A DNA stretch of 62,437 nucleotides, the filler included, from Nitrospinota bacterium (GTDB taxonomy: Bacteria > JAUXIQ01), in NCBI GenBank assembly GCA_030620925.1. It is 14 parts of 14 records of this genome, joined end to end, with 100 filler letters (N's around TTAATTAATTAA, not from the genome) between each part and the next. Parts side by side here need not be neighbours in the genome. Positions count along the whole stretch, not along the records: positions 1 to 4,281 come from JAUXIQ010000236.1; positions 4,382 to 7,383 come from JAUXIQ010000373.1; positions 7,484 to 11,071 come from JAUXIQ010000304.1; 11 more parts are not named here. One strand, written 5' to 3'. The position numbers were made by a program, and so were the translations under genes. The first letter of the stretch is position 1. The number at the start of each line of letters is the position of its first letter. The notes beneath the pieces were generated by a model, which was given only the letters and a program-made list of their open reading frames with translations, had not been told where the DNA came from and searched no databases. Shown piece by piece: positions 1 to 8,679 of the stretch.

Positions 1-120
1 ACGAATCAACTGATCCCCTATTCCTTCTTGCGCGGGTAAAACTTAATTAGACAGTACTTGGGTTATCAGATTTCGGCGTATTACGGCGAAGATTTAGACC
101 CTTTAATGGTTAAAAGGTCA

Positions 121-741
121 TCACATCACCCCATCGTTCGTGTATTCCACCTCGGCCAGAGCTGCGTGGACGTTTGACCAGTCGAACTTGATGGCCCCTG
201 TCCCTTTGAGCACGGCGGCACAGGCAACTTCCGCCAGCTTGAACTCGACACCTTCGGGCAGTGATATCTGGGCACGGTGTTCCTCGCCGGTCACGGGGCT
301 CCTGATGGGCTCTATTTCCGTTTCGCAGGCACCATTTACGGCGACTCGCCCGTTACGCTTCTCCATGTCGAATTTGAAGTCGATTTCCACGAATTGGGCT
401 TCCAGGAAATTAGAGACGGTTGCATCTAAAACCTCAAACCAGGGCCCTCCCGCCCGGCCGCTGATAATTTTCAGGAGAGCCTCCCGCTGCTTTTCGTCGG
501 CCCTGGCATCGATGAAAGGCTGTGCCGTCCCGTTGCCTTCGTACAACGGCCCCGGCCAACTGTAGGTAAGGGCCCATCTCAAGCCGCTCAGGGGCAAGTC
601 GCCGTAGTTCCCCTCCACGACGTTCATGCCCAGTATGCCCTCGCAATTATTGCGGGTGGGTTTACTCTCGAAGTCACAGGGGCAGCCGAAATCGCAGTTA
701 CAGTTCGCGATATACTCGCCCTTCATACGCCATTGCGCCAT
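121..741 (-). CDS. DUF1326 family Cys-rich protein (copy 2)
   Basis: N-terminal W-x4-EY-x3-CNC-x3-CPC motif (MAQWRMKGEYIANCNCDFGCPC), plus IDARADEKQREALLKIISGRAGGP. Start moved from 837 to ATG 741, which follows a GGGGGAG SD; the longer track ORF runs through a REP palindrome. Confidence 0.85.
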   Translation of the reverse strand: MAQWRMKGEYIANCNCDFGCPCDFESKPTRNNCEGILGMNVVEGNYGDLPLSGLRWALTYSWPGPLYEGNGTAQPFIDARADEKQREALLKIISGRAGGPWFEVLDATVSNFLEAQFVEIDFKFDMEKRNGRVAVNGACETEIEPIRSPVTGEEHRAQISLPEGVEFKLAEVACAAVLKGTGAIKFDWSNVHAALAEVEYTNDGVM

Positions 742-784
742 GATATCTCCCCCCTTTTTCTGTTGATCAACGTGAAGCCCAATA

Positions 785-810
785 GGGCGGGTTTGAAACC
801 CGCCCCTACG
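785..810. repeat. GTAG-type REP-like palindrome GGGCGGGTTTGAAACCCGCCCCTACG
   Basis: Hairpin ending in CTAC; identical 26-nt copy at 57021-57046 on another contig. Confidence 0.85.
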
Positions 811-999
811 AAACGATACCGGCGTGAGTGCGATCATATTTGGGCTCGGCCCCGCGGCAAGCAGGACACCTCTACGTTGTTTTCATATAATTCGTTGTCG
901 AAAAATCCCTGTTCCAAGATGGGTTGCAGGGGCAAACTGCTGTGCGCCCTTTCTCACTAAATATGCATACCCACTCATTAATGGGTGGGTTGTTGATGA

Positions 1000-1115
1000 T
1001 CCCGCCGTCAGGCGGGTTCGAACCCCGCCACTTGTGGCGGGGACTTTCCGGGACAAACCTGTAAAACAAGGGCTTGCACAGGCAGGCGAGATTCTTCGTT
1101 TCACTCAGAATGACA
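1000..1115. repeat. Cluster of short palindromes and a REP-like unit (GAGATTCTTCGTTTCACTCAGAATGACA)
   Basis: CCCGCC-GTCA-GGCGGG, CCCCGCCAC-TT-GTGGCGGGG, and an ATTCT...AGAATGAC unit resembling a common GTCATTCTGAG...GAAGAATCTC repeat type. Confidence 0.6.
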
Positions 1116-1187
1116 ACCCATGCACCCTGACTCTGCATGTTCGGAGCAACAGCTCACGACCATTGATGAGCCACCTTAAGACCCTGG

Positions 1188-1799
1188 CTATGGCCCCGCC
1201 CACTCGATAGTCGCGTAGTGGCCGTTCCTGCCGCTGTTGTCCCATTTCAGCCCATAATCGGTAAATGTGCCCCTGGTGCTTTTGGCCACGGCCAATCGGG
1301 TGGAGGCTGGATGCGGAGCGTTATCAAGCCAGATCGGTTCCTCGGAGTCGGCTCCGGTAATGGCTTCGACCTCCATATCCAAAATATCGGGGATACTGCC
1401 GCCGCGCTTTTTCCCCTCAGATCTGTACTCGATGGGCACGTACTTGACCCCCAGAATGTTGGTGATCAAAGAGGCCAGAGCACCCATAGGGCCGCCGGCC
1501 TCGCCGCTGAAAATAGCCGCAAGCGCCTCGCGCTGTTTGTCGTCCGCCCGTTCGTCCACGTAGAGAGCCACGGTGCCGTTGCCTTCGGCCATGGGGCCGG
1601 GAGTCTGGAGGACGCTCACAACGTTCAAGCCGTTTAACTCAACGTCCCCGTATCGGCCCTCATCGATGTGGAAAAGGAGAGGGACATCGCAGTGCCCATC
1701 CTTGGGCATCGCCTGCATGCCGGAATGGATGCAAGGACACAGCACCTCGCAATTACAGTTCTCGAAATATTCCCCCTGGATGCTCCACTTTTCAGCCAT
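1188..1799 (-). CDS. DUF1326 family Cys-rich protein (copy 1)
   Basis: WSIQGEYFENCNCEVLCPC and YVDERADDKQREALAAIFSGEAGGP motifs; GGAGG SD upstream; paralogue of 121-741. Confidence 0.88.
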   Translation of the reverse strand: MAEKWSIQGEYFENCNCEVLCPCIHSGMQAMPKDGHCDVPLLFHIDEGRYGDVELNGLNVVSVLQTPGPMAEGNGTVALYVDERADDKQREALAAIFSGEAGGPMGALASLITNILGVKYVPIEYRSEGKKRGGSIPDILDMEVEAITGADSEEPIWLDNAPHPASTRLAVAKSTRGTFTDYGLKWDNSGRNGHYATIEWAGP

Positions 1800-1924
1800 T
1801 TCGACCTCCTTTTTTTGTGTTTATGGACCAAATAACCTTTTCATAATGCACCTAATATATCCTCTTTAGTGCGGAAAAACACCCCCTGTAGACAAAACCG
1901 GACAAAATTTTTTTTCTTCACCTC

Positions 1925-2041
1925 TCCGTAAGGACTTATCCCTCACGTGCCGGTTCTCAGGTGAGCACTGGGCACGTTTGTGATGAGAAACGGCCGATTC
2001 CTTCTACCTTCGGGCCTGAGCAACGGCCTTACTGCAAGCAG
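1925..2041 (+). ncRNA. Candidate structured RNA, unassigned
   Basis: Four adjacent hairpins, with a GUAA tetraloop, a cUUCGg tetraloop and G-U pairs that work only on the + strand. Confidence 0.3.
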
Positions 2042-2357
2042 ATCATTTCAACGTATTTCTCCACGCATCTCCTCTAACCGTACAAACTAAAGCCGGCGGT
2101 CCCTGCACGAAACTATCAGACGATTTACATGGAAACACCCGTTAATGCAGAAAAAAGGACCTTGGTTTTCGCCCCCGTTAAAGGCTTTACTTATGGCTCT
2201 CAACCCATTGTTCCTAAAGGGATAATCCGCCTGAACCTTGGTTTTTTGCATCTATTCTATAGAGGGGTGTATAACCACAATTCAGGAAAAAATTAACCAC
2301 AAAGGCACTAAGGCTCAAGCCCGAGGAATGTTGCAGGATACTATATGCAAAACAGAT

Positions 2358-2495
2358 GTAGGGGCAACCGTCCCGCGTGTGGCGGGATGATCGCCCTGGG
2401 CAGGCACATGGGCCTGCCCCTACAATCGCGCCTGAAAGGCGCTCCTACGATGAAATGTAGGAGCGGCATTCCGCCACGCGCGGGATGTCTCTACG
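2358..2495. repeat. Cluster of GTAG/CTAC REP-like palindromes
   Basis: GTAGGGGCAACC...GCCC, GGGCAGGCACATGGGCCTGCCCCTAC (1 mismatch to 56974-56999), GCGCCTGAAAGGCGCTCCTAC and GTAGGAGCGGCAT (also at 57087). Confidence 0.8.
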
Positions 2496-2834
2496 AGTGT
2501 TTGTATTTCACAGGTTACTAGAGTCTCCCTCCCTTGAAGGAAGGGTGGTGATGGGCAGGGATAATTCGTTAAGCAACCCCAAACCAACGTGAGCTATACT
2601 CTTGATTATTAAGACTATTCCGAGGGAAGCAACCTCTAATCGACAGATGAAGATCGTTTATAAGCTATTGTTTTCAAAAGTGTTTTAAAGTTTAGGGTTG
2701 CTTAAGCAAGGGGGTGGGTAGGGCAACCTTGCTGTCTGTTTCTGACGATTAGTGTTGAATACGAGGCGAGAATATGCGAATAATAATAGAGGGAATAAAT
2801 TTCGCTTTTCAGTCCACTAAGGGGGAAAACAGGT

Positions 2835-3872
2835 ATGATCAAGAAACAGCGACTGGGCAGGACAGGGCTTGAGGTGACCAGACTGGGGTTCGGAGGGATA
2901 CCCATCCAGAGGATCAGCGAGGAAGATGCGGTATCGGTGGTGAAGCATGTGGTTAAACAGGGCGTGAACCTGCTGGATACCGCACGCGGCTACACCAACA
3001 GCGAGGAGCGCATAGGCAAGGCTCTCAAGGATATGGACGAGAAGGTTTATATTTCCAGCAAGTCTCCCGACAAGACCGCCGAAGGCCTGCTCAAACACCT
3101 GGATATAGCCCTTGGGCTTCTCCAGGTGAACAAGATAGATATATACAACTGCCACGGAATCAGCAGCTTTGAAAACTATGATAAGGTAATCGGCCCCGGA
3201 GGCGCCCTGGAAGGGCTTAAAAAGGCCCGCGATAAGGGCCTCATAGATTTCCTGGGCTTAACCAGCCATAGCCTGGACGTGCTGGAAAAGGTCGTCGACG
3301 ATGCTCATTTCGATGTGATCATGGTCTGCCACAGCTTCCTCGAGCCAAAAGCGGAGGAAAAGGTCATCCCCACGGCAATTGAACAAGACCTGGGCATAAT
3401 GACCATGAAAAACTTTTCCGGCGGCGTTATAGAGAACGCCTCGGCAGCCCTCAAATACGCGCTGTCGACTCCCGAAGTGGTGCTCATACCCGGCATCGAC
3501 TCCATCGACCAGGCAAACGAGAACTGGGATGTCTTCATGCTGCCCGATTACACCATGACAGAAGAGGAAATCGCCGTCATGGAGGCCACCAAGGAAGAAT
3601 ATAAAGACAAGTTCTGCCGCCGCTGCGACTACTGCCAGCCCTGTCCGGAAGAAATCCCTATCCAGGCCATGATGGGCATCCGCAGCATTATAAAAAGGAT
3701 GGGAGAAGGCGCTTTCGACCGCCCCTGGGTAAAGGCCGCCGTAGAAAAGGGCAGGAACTGCACTGAGTGCGGCGAGTGCATGTCCCGCTGCCCTTACGAC
3801 CTGCCCATACCCGAACTGATCGATGCGAACCTGAAGTGGGTCGACAGCCAGTTGACACAGACGGAAAAATAG
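2835..3872 (+). CDS. Aldo/keto reductase with C-terminal 2x[4Fe-4S] domain
   Basis: LGRTGLEVTRLGFGGIPIQR and DTARGY AKR motifs; CRRCDYCQPCP and CTECGECMSRCP. Confidence 0.92.
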   Translation: MIKKQRLGRTGLEVTRLGFGGIPIQRISEEDAVSVVKHVVKQGVNLLDTARGYTNSEERIGKALKDMDEKVYISSKSPDKTAEGLLKHLDIALGLLQVNKIDIYNCHGISSFENYDKVIGPGGALEGLKKARDKGLIDFLGLTSHSLDVLEKVVDDAHFDVIMVCHSFLEPKAEEKVIPTAIEQDLGIMTMKNFSGGVIENASAALKYALSTPEVVLIPGIDSIDQANENWDVFMLPDYTMTEEEIAVMEATKEEYKDKFCRRCDYCQPCPEEIPIQAMMGIRSIIKRMGEGAFDRPWVKAAVEKGRNCTECGECMSRCPYDLPIPELIDANLKWVDSQLTQTEK

Positions 3873-3975
3873 TTTTCGGCTCATTCTGAAAATAGGTTTA
3901 CAATATCTACTTCCCTCCTCCCCCTTGACCTCGCCTTCCGCAGAGTTGGTCGCTGAAGGGACTGGGGGAGGGTGC

Positions 3976-4029
3976 GTAGGGGCAGGGCTTGCCCTGCCCG
4001 AAACGGGCGCAGCAAGCGACGCCCCTACG
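3976..4029. repeat. Inverted REP doublet
   Basis: GTAGGGGCAGGGCTTGCCCTGCCC-GAAAC-GGGCGCAGCAAGCGACGCCCCTAC; outer GTAGGGGC and GCCCCTAC are complementary. Confidence 0.8.
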
Positions 4030-4237
4030 AGAGACCGGATGAAAAAGATCGTCATCTATGCCGGGGAGGTTGGGTGGGGGTGAATACCGAATAACACCCT
4101 CCCTTAATTCCCTCCCACAAGGGGAAATTTATCAATATAAAATGAGAAAGTGAGCATGGCAACCATCTGGGGAGTCAAAACCAAACTTCATCAACCGATT
4201 CTGCTGATGAAGCCGGTTTTTTTCAGGAGGAGACTTA

Positions 4238-4281
4238 ATGTCAGAGAACGTCTACGAAAAGCTGCAAGAAAAGTTCGACAG
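4238..4281 (+). CDS. Gene start truncated by contig end (MSENVYEKLQEKFD...)
   Basis: AGGAGG SD followed by ATG; too short to assign a product. Confidence 0.5.
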
Positions 4282-4381
4282 NNNNNNNNNNNNNNNNNNN
4301 NNNNNNNNNNNNNNNNNNNNNNNNNTTAATTAATTAANNNNNNNNNNNNNNNNNNNNNNNNNNNNNNNNNNNNNNNNNNNN
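4282..4381. other. Artificial contig linker; identical linkers at 7384, 11072, 21889, 26224, 30047, 33007, 38131, 42066, 46187, 49962, 53592 and 57145 (100 nt each)
   Basis: N44-TTAATTAATTAA-N44 puts stops in all six frames; genes are cut off on both sides. Confidence 0.99.
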
Positions 4382-5314
4382 GGCATCGAGCTCGACCTTT
4401 TCACCAACGTATCCCAGGGAGCGGACACAGTTGCCGCCGTCGCCGGGAAACTGGCCATCACGGAGGAGAACGCCGAAAAGCTGATGACCGCCTGCACCGC
4501 TCTGGGCTTGCTGGAAAAGGAGGGCGACAAGTATTCAAACGCCTACGATGCGGAGCGTTTCCTGGTCAAGGGCGAACCCTTCTACCTGGGCACCTGGGCT
4601 CTAATGGGAAAACGGAGTTACGATAACTGGAAAGACCTCGGAGAAGCGCTTAAGAGAGAAGGAGAGCTTAATATACTGGGCAACTACGAGCAGTTGTGGG
4701 AGACCCCCGAAGGCGCCCGCTGGCTGACGGAGGCTACATACAGCGCAGGGTCCGGCGCAGGGCAGAAATTGGCCCGGGAGTTCGATTTCTCCGACCGCGA
4801 GCTGCTGCTGGACCTCGGCGGAGGCTCAGGGGCCTACTGCATCGCCGCCGCCCAGAGCAACCCCCGCCTTAAGGCCGTCGTTCTGGACCACGAAAACGTG
4901 TGCGCCGTGGCGCGGGATTTCATCGAAAAAGAAGGGCTCTCGGACAGAATAACCACCCATCCCGGCGACTTCACCAAAGACCCATTCCCCGGCCGGCCCG
5001 ACGTGGTTATCATGGCCAGCAACCTGCCCGGCTACGGGAGCGAAGAGTGCCGGGCCATTTTTAAAAAAGCTTATGACGCCATGAAACCGGGGGGTACGTT
5101 CATAGTAATCTCCGAGACGCTGAACGACGACAGGACCGGCCCCCTGGAGCCCGCCATGTGGTCCCTGGCGGAAGTGCTCTCGGGCAGCACCGGCCACGGC
5201 CATACGGAGAGCGAGGTATGCCAGTATCTGCGCGACGTCGGTTTCGTTGAGGTGACCATAACGGACTTCATCTCCGGCATTCTCAGCCGGGCGATGGGTA
5301 ATAAACCCTCCTGA
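4382..5314 (+). CDS. SAM-dependent O-methyltransferase (Methyltransf_2 type with dimerisation domain), 5' truncated
   Basis: Frame open from the contig edge (GIELDLFT...); LLDLGGGSG SAM motif, PGDF, AMKPGGTFIVISE. Confidence 0.88.
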   Translation, partial: GIELDLFTNVSQGADTVAAVAGKLAITEENAEKLMTACTALGLLEKEGDKYSNAYDAERFLVKGEPFYLGTWALMGKRSYDNWKDLGEALKREGELNILGNYEQLWETPEGARWLTEATYSAGSGAGQKLAREFDFSDRELLLDLGGGSGAYCIAAAQSNPRLKAVVLDHENVCAVARDFIEKEGLSDRITTHPGDFTKDPFPGRPDVVIMASNLPGYGSEECRAIFKKAYDAMKPGGTFIVISETLNDDRTGPLEPAMWSLAEVLSGSTGHGHTESEVCQYLRDVGFVEVTITDFISGILSRAMGNKPS

Positions 5315-5399
5315 TGCGGGGTGTTCGCCGGGAAAAGAAAGACGATTCAGGAAGGTATAACTTCAGGAAGACGGTAGTATAGCTCCACCGCCTGTCTTA

Positions 5400-6800
5400 C
5401 TATTTCAGGCCCACGATTATCACAATGTCGAAAGGCTCATGGCCTCTAAGCCGGAGTACATTCTGAGTGCCGGGTATCTTGTGGGCCAGATCAATCGCTT
5501 CTTTCACGCTGGCTTTGCGGTAAAAGACGGTGGTCAGCGCCCAATCGAATCTTTCAGCGTTACCCACTTCCTCTACCTGATAGTTGAAGCCTGCCAGCAC
5601 TTCCACTATTCCAGCGGCAGCGCCTTTAATTCCGTTGCCGTTAAGGACCTTGATGCGAAGACCCGTCCCTTTCACCACCTTTTGTTCGACCTTAGCTTCC
5701 TTCTTTGCTTCTACCTTTTTTTCCACTTTTTTCTCCGCCTTTGTTTCCAGCTCCTTCAGGCGGGTTACTTGTTGGCGGCGTTTGGGAGGCTTGACCGCTA
5801 TAACGGGTTGTACGGGCTCTCTCTTTTCCGTAGCTGCGACTTCTTCCTTTGTGGCGGGCAGCCCTCTCTCCTCCTTTAAAGAAGCTTCAAGATATTTGAG
5901 CTGCTCCTTGTAGTAGCTATCTTCGGGTGACAACTTGCTGGCCATCTTCAAAGCTCTTACGGCTTCTACCTTCATTTCGACCTGCATGTAAAGCATGGCG
6001 AGGGTGTGGTAGTAAATGGGATTGGTGGGAGAGAGATAGACCGCTCTGCGGGCATGCTCGACCCCTTCTTCTATTTTCATCCTGTTCTTGGCGTAAAGCC
6101 AGGCAAGGTTATTATGGGCCATATGAAAATCGGGATCCATATCGATGGTTTTCAGGTACTTCAGCTCAGCATCATAGGTTCTTCCCAACGAATCGTACAC
6201 CTTCGCTAAATTATAGTGAGTCTCGACCAGGTCCGGCGCAAGCTCGGAAGCCATTTCCAGAGAGTCGGCGGCCTCCCGATTCAAATTCAGCTTGTTCTGA
6301 CATAGCCCCAGATAAAAATAGGAGAACGCACTATCGGGGTTGAGTTCGAGGTCCTTCTTGAACTCCTCTATGGCATTCTGATAGCGGCCCCTATCGAAGA
6401 GCCCGAGGCCATTTTCATAGTATTCATCGGTGGTAACCTGAAAAATAGCATTGCCCAGGGCCGTCACCACTATGCCCGTATGTTGGCCGGGTTTTAACCC
6501 CCTCAGCGCTTCCCTCAGCTCTGGCTTCAACCTGTTGACATCGACGGTGCCGATGTGTCCCCCTCGTTCCGCATGCGGACCCAAAGACAGCTCCTTGGCA
6601 AGTTGAACGAAGGAAGTGCCACTCTCCAGAGAAGACAGCACAACCCGGGCATCCAACTTGTTTTTAACCACTATCATCCGCAGTTTGACCAGTCGGCTGG
6701 AGCCGCTTCCCTGAACCGATTGCGCCAGCGCTTCTTCAATACCTATCAAGGTAAAAGCCAGAACCACAGCAAGGACCACGGCAGTCGCTATAAACCGCAT
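5400..6800 (-). CDS. Exported multidomain protein: parvulin-like PPIase, TPR repeats, K/E-rich linker and LytR C-terminal domain
   Basis: Signal-peptide-like N-terminus; SFVQLAKELSLGPHAERGGHIG (rotamase); several TPRs; IKVLNGNGIKGAA...DIVIIVG (LytR_C). Confidence 0.8.
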   Translation of the reverse strand: MRFIATAVVLAVVLAFTLIGIEEALAQSVQGSGSSRLVKLRMIVVKNKLDARVVLSSLESGTSFVQLAKELSLGPHAERGGHIGTVDVNRLKPELREALRGLKPGQHTGIVVTALGNAIFQVTTDEYYENGLGLFDRGRYQNAIEEFKKDLELNPDSAFSYFYLGLCQNKLNLNREAADSLEMASELAPDLVETHYNLAKVYDSLGRTYDAELKYLKTIDMDPDFHMAHNNLAWLYAKNRMKIEEGVEHARRAVYLSPTNPIYYHTLAMLYMQVEMKVEAVRALKMASKLSPEDSYYKEQLKYLEASLKEERGLPATKEEVAATEKREPVQPVIAVKPPKRRQQVTRLKELETKAEKKVEKKVEAKKEAKVEQKVVKGTGLRIKVLNGNGIKGAAAGIVEVLAGFNYQVEEVGNAERFDWALTTVFYRKASVKEAIDLAHKIPGTQNVLRLRGHEPFDIVIIVGLK

Positions 6801-7042
6801 AAATGAGCATCCTCTATAATGAAAAACCGTAAAGTAAATAAAACCCCGTGAGATTACAGCTTAGTCCCTCAATCGTCTACAATCAGTTTAATCACGCCTC
6901 TGTTCACTATGGCTGAACAGTTCAATTATACATATAATTACTGAAATAATGAAGAAAAAAATTTATGTCTAACTAAATTTTATCAAAATCGGTTATCCTC
7001 GATTCAAAAAAACCCCGCTGCCCGACCCGACATATTTAGCCC

Positions 7043-7072
7043 TTGACAAACAGAGGCACAGCGGGTTAATTT
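7043..7072 (+). promoter_or_regulatory. Putative sigma70 promoter of tRNA-Ala
   Basis: TTGACA at 7043 and an AT-rich -10-like TAATTT 18 nt downstream. Confidence 0.5.
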
Positions 7073-7097
7073 TAAATTGCCAGTTTACCTCTATGGT

Positions 7098-7173
7098 GGG
7101 GCTGTGGCGCAATTGGGAGCGCGCATGACTGGCAGTCATGAGGCTGCGGGTTCGATCCCCGCCAGCTCCACCA
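7098..7173 (+). tRNA. tRNA-Ala (GGC)
   Basis: 76-nt cloverleaf GGGGCTG...CAGCTCCACCA with G3-U70 pair; anticodon arm CATGA-CTGGCAG-TCATG; GGTTCGATCCC T-arm. Confidence 0.97.
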
Positions 7174-7182
7174 ATAAATCAA

Positions 7183-7383
7183 TCACTTACGAACACTCGC
7201 CTTTTCAAAATCTTCCCTGGTGTCCATATAGGTGTCCATCTTGGTGATAGCTTTGACCTTATGACTTTGGGATAGGTGGGAATAACGTTGGGTCATTCTA
7301 AGGCTTTTATGGCCTAGTATTTCCTGTAAAGTTTTGATATCACCTCCACTCATCAAGAAGTACGAGGCAAAGGTATGTCTCAA
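7183..7383 (-). mobile_element. C-terminal end of a tyrosine recombinase/integrase, at the edge of an element integrated at tRNA-Ala
   Basis: LRHTFAS...[15 protein letters not shown] catalytic motifs; stop codon about 10 nt from the tRNA CCA end; lower GC; truncated by linker. Confidence 0.88.
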
Positions 7384-7483
7384 NNNNNNNNNNNNNNNNN
7401 NNNNNNNNNNNNNNNNNNNNNNNNNNNTTAATTAATTAANNNNNNNNNNNNNNNNNNNNNNNNNNNNNNNNNNNNNNNNNNNN

Positions 7484-7748
7484 AGTCTGACTGCAGGGCG
7501 ATACGATTTCGATCCCTGCAACAAACCTGCATGACCGGCTCATGCCCGTAAGCTTTAAGCAGAGAGCAAGCGGACAGGGAGCTCATGCGCATGACGGCCC
7601 GCTGATTATCGGTGACGTTTATAGCGTCGACCTTCCCCCTCACCGAATCGGCCAGACCCATCATATCTTCTATGTCCGCGCCCTTTGGCGGAGACATTTC
7701 AACAGTTACCACCCTCTCGCCTGAAGCTATCTTCTCCTTAAAACCCAT
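7484..7748 (-). CDS. metF: Methylenetetrahydrofolate reductase, 3' truncated
   Basis: VTVEMSPPKG, DAINVTDNQRAVMRMSS and EPVMQVCCRDRNRIALQSD motifs. Confidence 0.92.
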
Positions 7749-7826
7749 ATTTCTTCCCCGGTAATAAAGAAAAAAGCCGCGTCAATATCACCCCATAAAG
7801 GACATGAATGCCCGTTTATAAACTTA

Positions 7827-8495
7827 TCACCACTCTCCTTTCAATATCCCCTTACCGGTATTCACCCTGCGAGGATGGGTCGATCGCAAGTGGTCCTTCG
7901 GTTTCGCTATACGAGCGAGTGAGCCTTCATTGCCCAGGCTCTTCATGCGCTCGTAAATCTCAACCCAGGCGCACTCGATTTCAGAATCCACCTCGCATTT
8001 ACCGTCGATGGTGCCCCCGCAGGGGCCGTTAAGCAGTTCCTTCGGACACCGGCTGACAGGGCATATTCCGCCATATTCGCCTACCACGCACTGCCCGCAG
8101 ATCGAGCACATCTCGCGGTAGTGCCCTATGCGCTCCAGGACACCTGCAAACACGGTATCCAGCCCCGGCATCACCGGTTTATCCGTATGGGCAGCCACCA
8201 CCTGCACGGCTATGCCGCAGGACATTACCAGAACAACGTCGGCTTCCTTAACCTGTTCCTTCTTATCTTTCAGGGCTCGCCGCACCTTCTCCAGATTGCA
8301 CAACGACTCTACGACAACGCCTTCCACCACGCCCATGCCCTCGGACTTCAGGCGTTTTTTCATATCCGCCACTTCTTTTTCTCCACCGGTGTGGCAGTCC
8401 GCAGAGCATGTGCCGCATCCCAATATCAGCGGTTTTTCGTACGGTGCCAGCGAGTCTAAAATCTCTTTCATCGGCTTGGGTTTGGTGAAGATCAT
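7827..8495 (-). CDS. metV: MetV (MTHFR accessory Fe-S/Zn-finger subunit)
   Basis: GCGTC...C.TGGEKEV and CSICGQC...GGICPVSRCPKELLNGPCGG...CEV...CAW; directly upstream of metF. Confidence 0.88.
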   Translation of the reverse strand: MIFTKPKPMKEILDSLAPYEKPLILGCGTCSADCHTGGEKEVADMKKRLKSEGMGVVEGVVVESLCNLEKVRRALKDKKEQVKEADVVLVMSCGIAVQVVAAHTDKPVMPGLDTVFAGVLERIGHYREMCSICGQCVVGEYGGICPVSRCPKELLNGPCGGTIDGKCEVDSEIECAWVEIYERMKSLGNEGSLARIAKPKDHLRSTHPRRVNTGKGILKGEW

Positions 8496-8615
8496 TGCTC
8501 CATCCCTGAAAAAGAATCTTATTATTCACTCTAATAAGTTATAATCCCGGGCTCCATAAACCGCCTGGACACCGTTGCCCTCTCGCTACCCCTTTACTCT
8601 TCTGCGAATAATAAG

Positions 8616-8636
8616 GCGAGGTGTATAACCTCGCCC
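8616..8636. terminator. Hairpin GGCGAGGT-GTATA-ACCTCGCC, possible terminator for the glt-like genes
   Basis: 8-bp perfect stem followed by TTATTATT on the minus strand. Confidence 0.45.
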
Positions 8637-8679
8637 TGAGAAAGGAGTTAACCCAATTTAATTCAAGTATTCGCCTGGA

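Noticed and set aside
1942-1961. Group II intron domain V-like CTCACGTGCCGGTTCTCAGG
   Set aside because: There is no upstream GAGCCG catalytic-triad arm and no RT gene; the segment pairs with downstream sequence instead.
2001-2021. SRP RNA-like TCAGGCCCGAAGGTAGAAG on the minus strand
   Set aside because: It lacks the GNRA loop and AGCAG of SRP helix 8, and the structure favours the + strand.
2159-2245. Direct repeat ACCTTGGTTTT 76 nt apart, as a possible mini-CRISPR or target-site duplication
   Set aside because: Only two 11-nt copies, no cas genes and no terminal inverted repeats in between.
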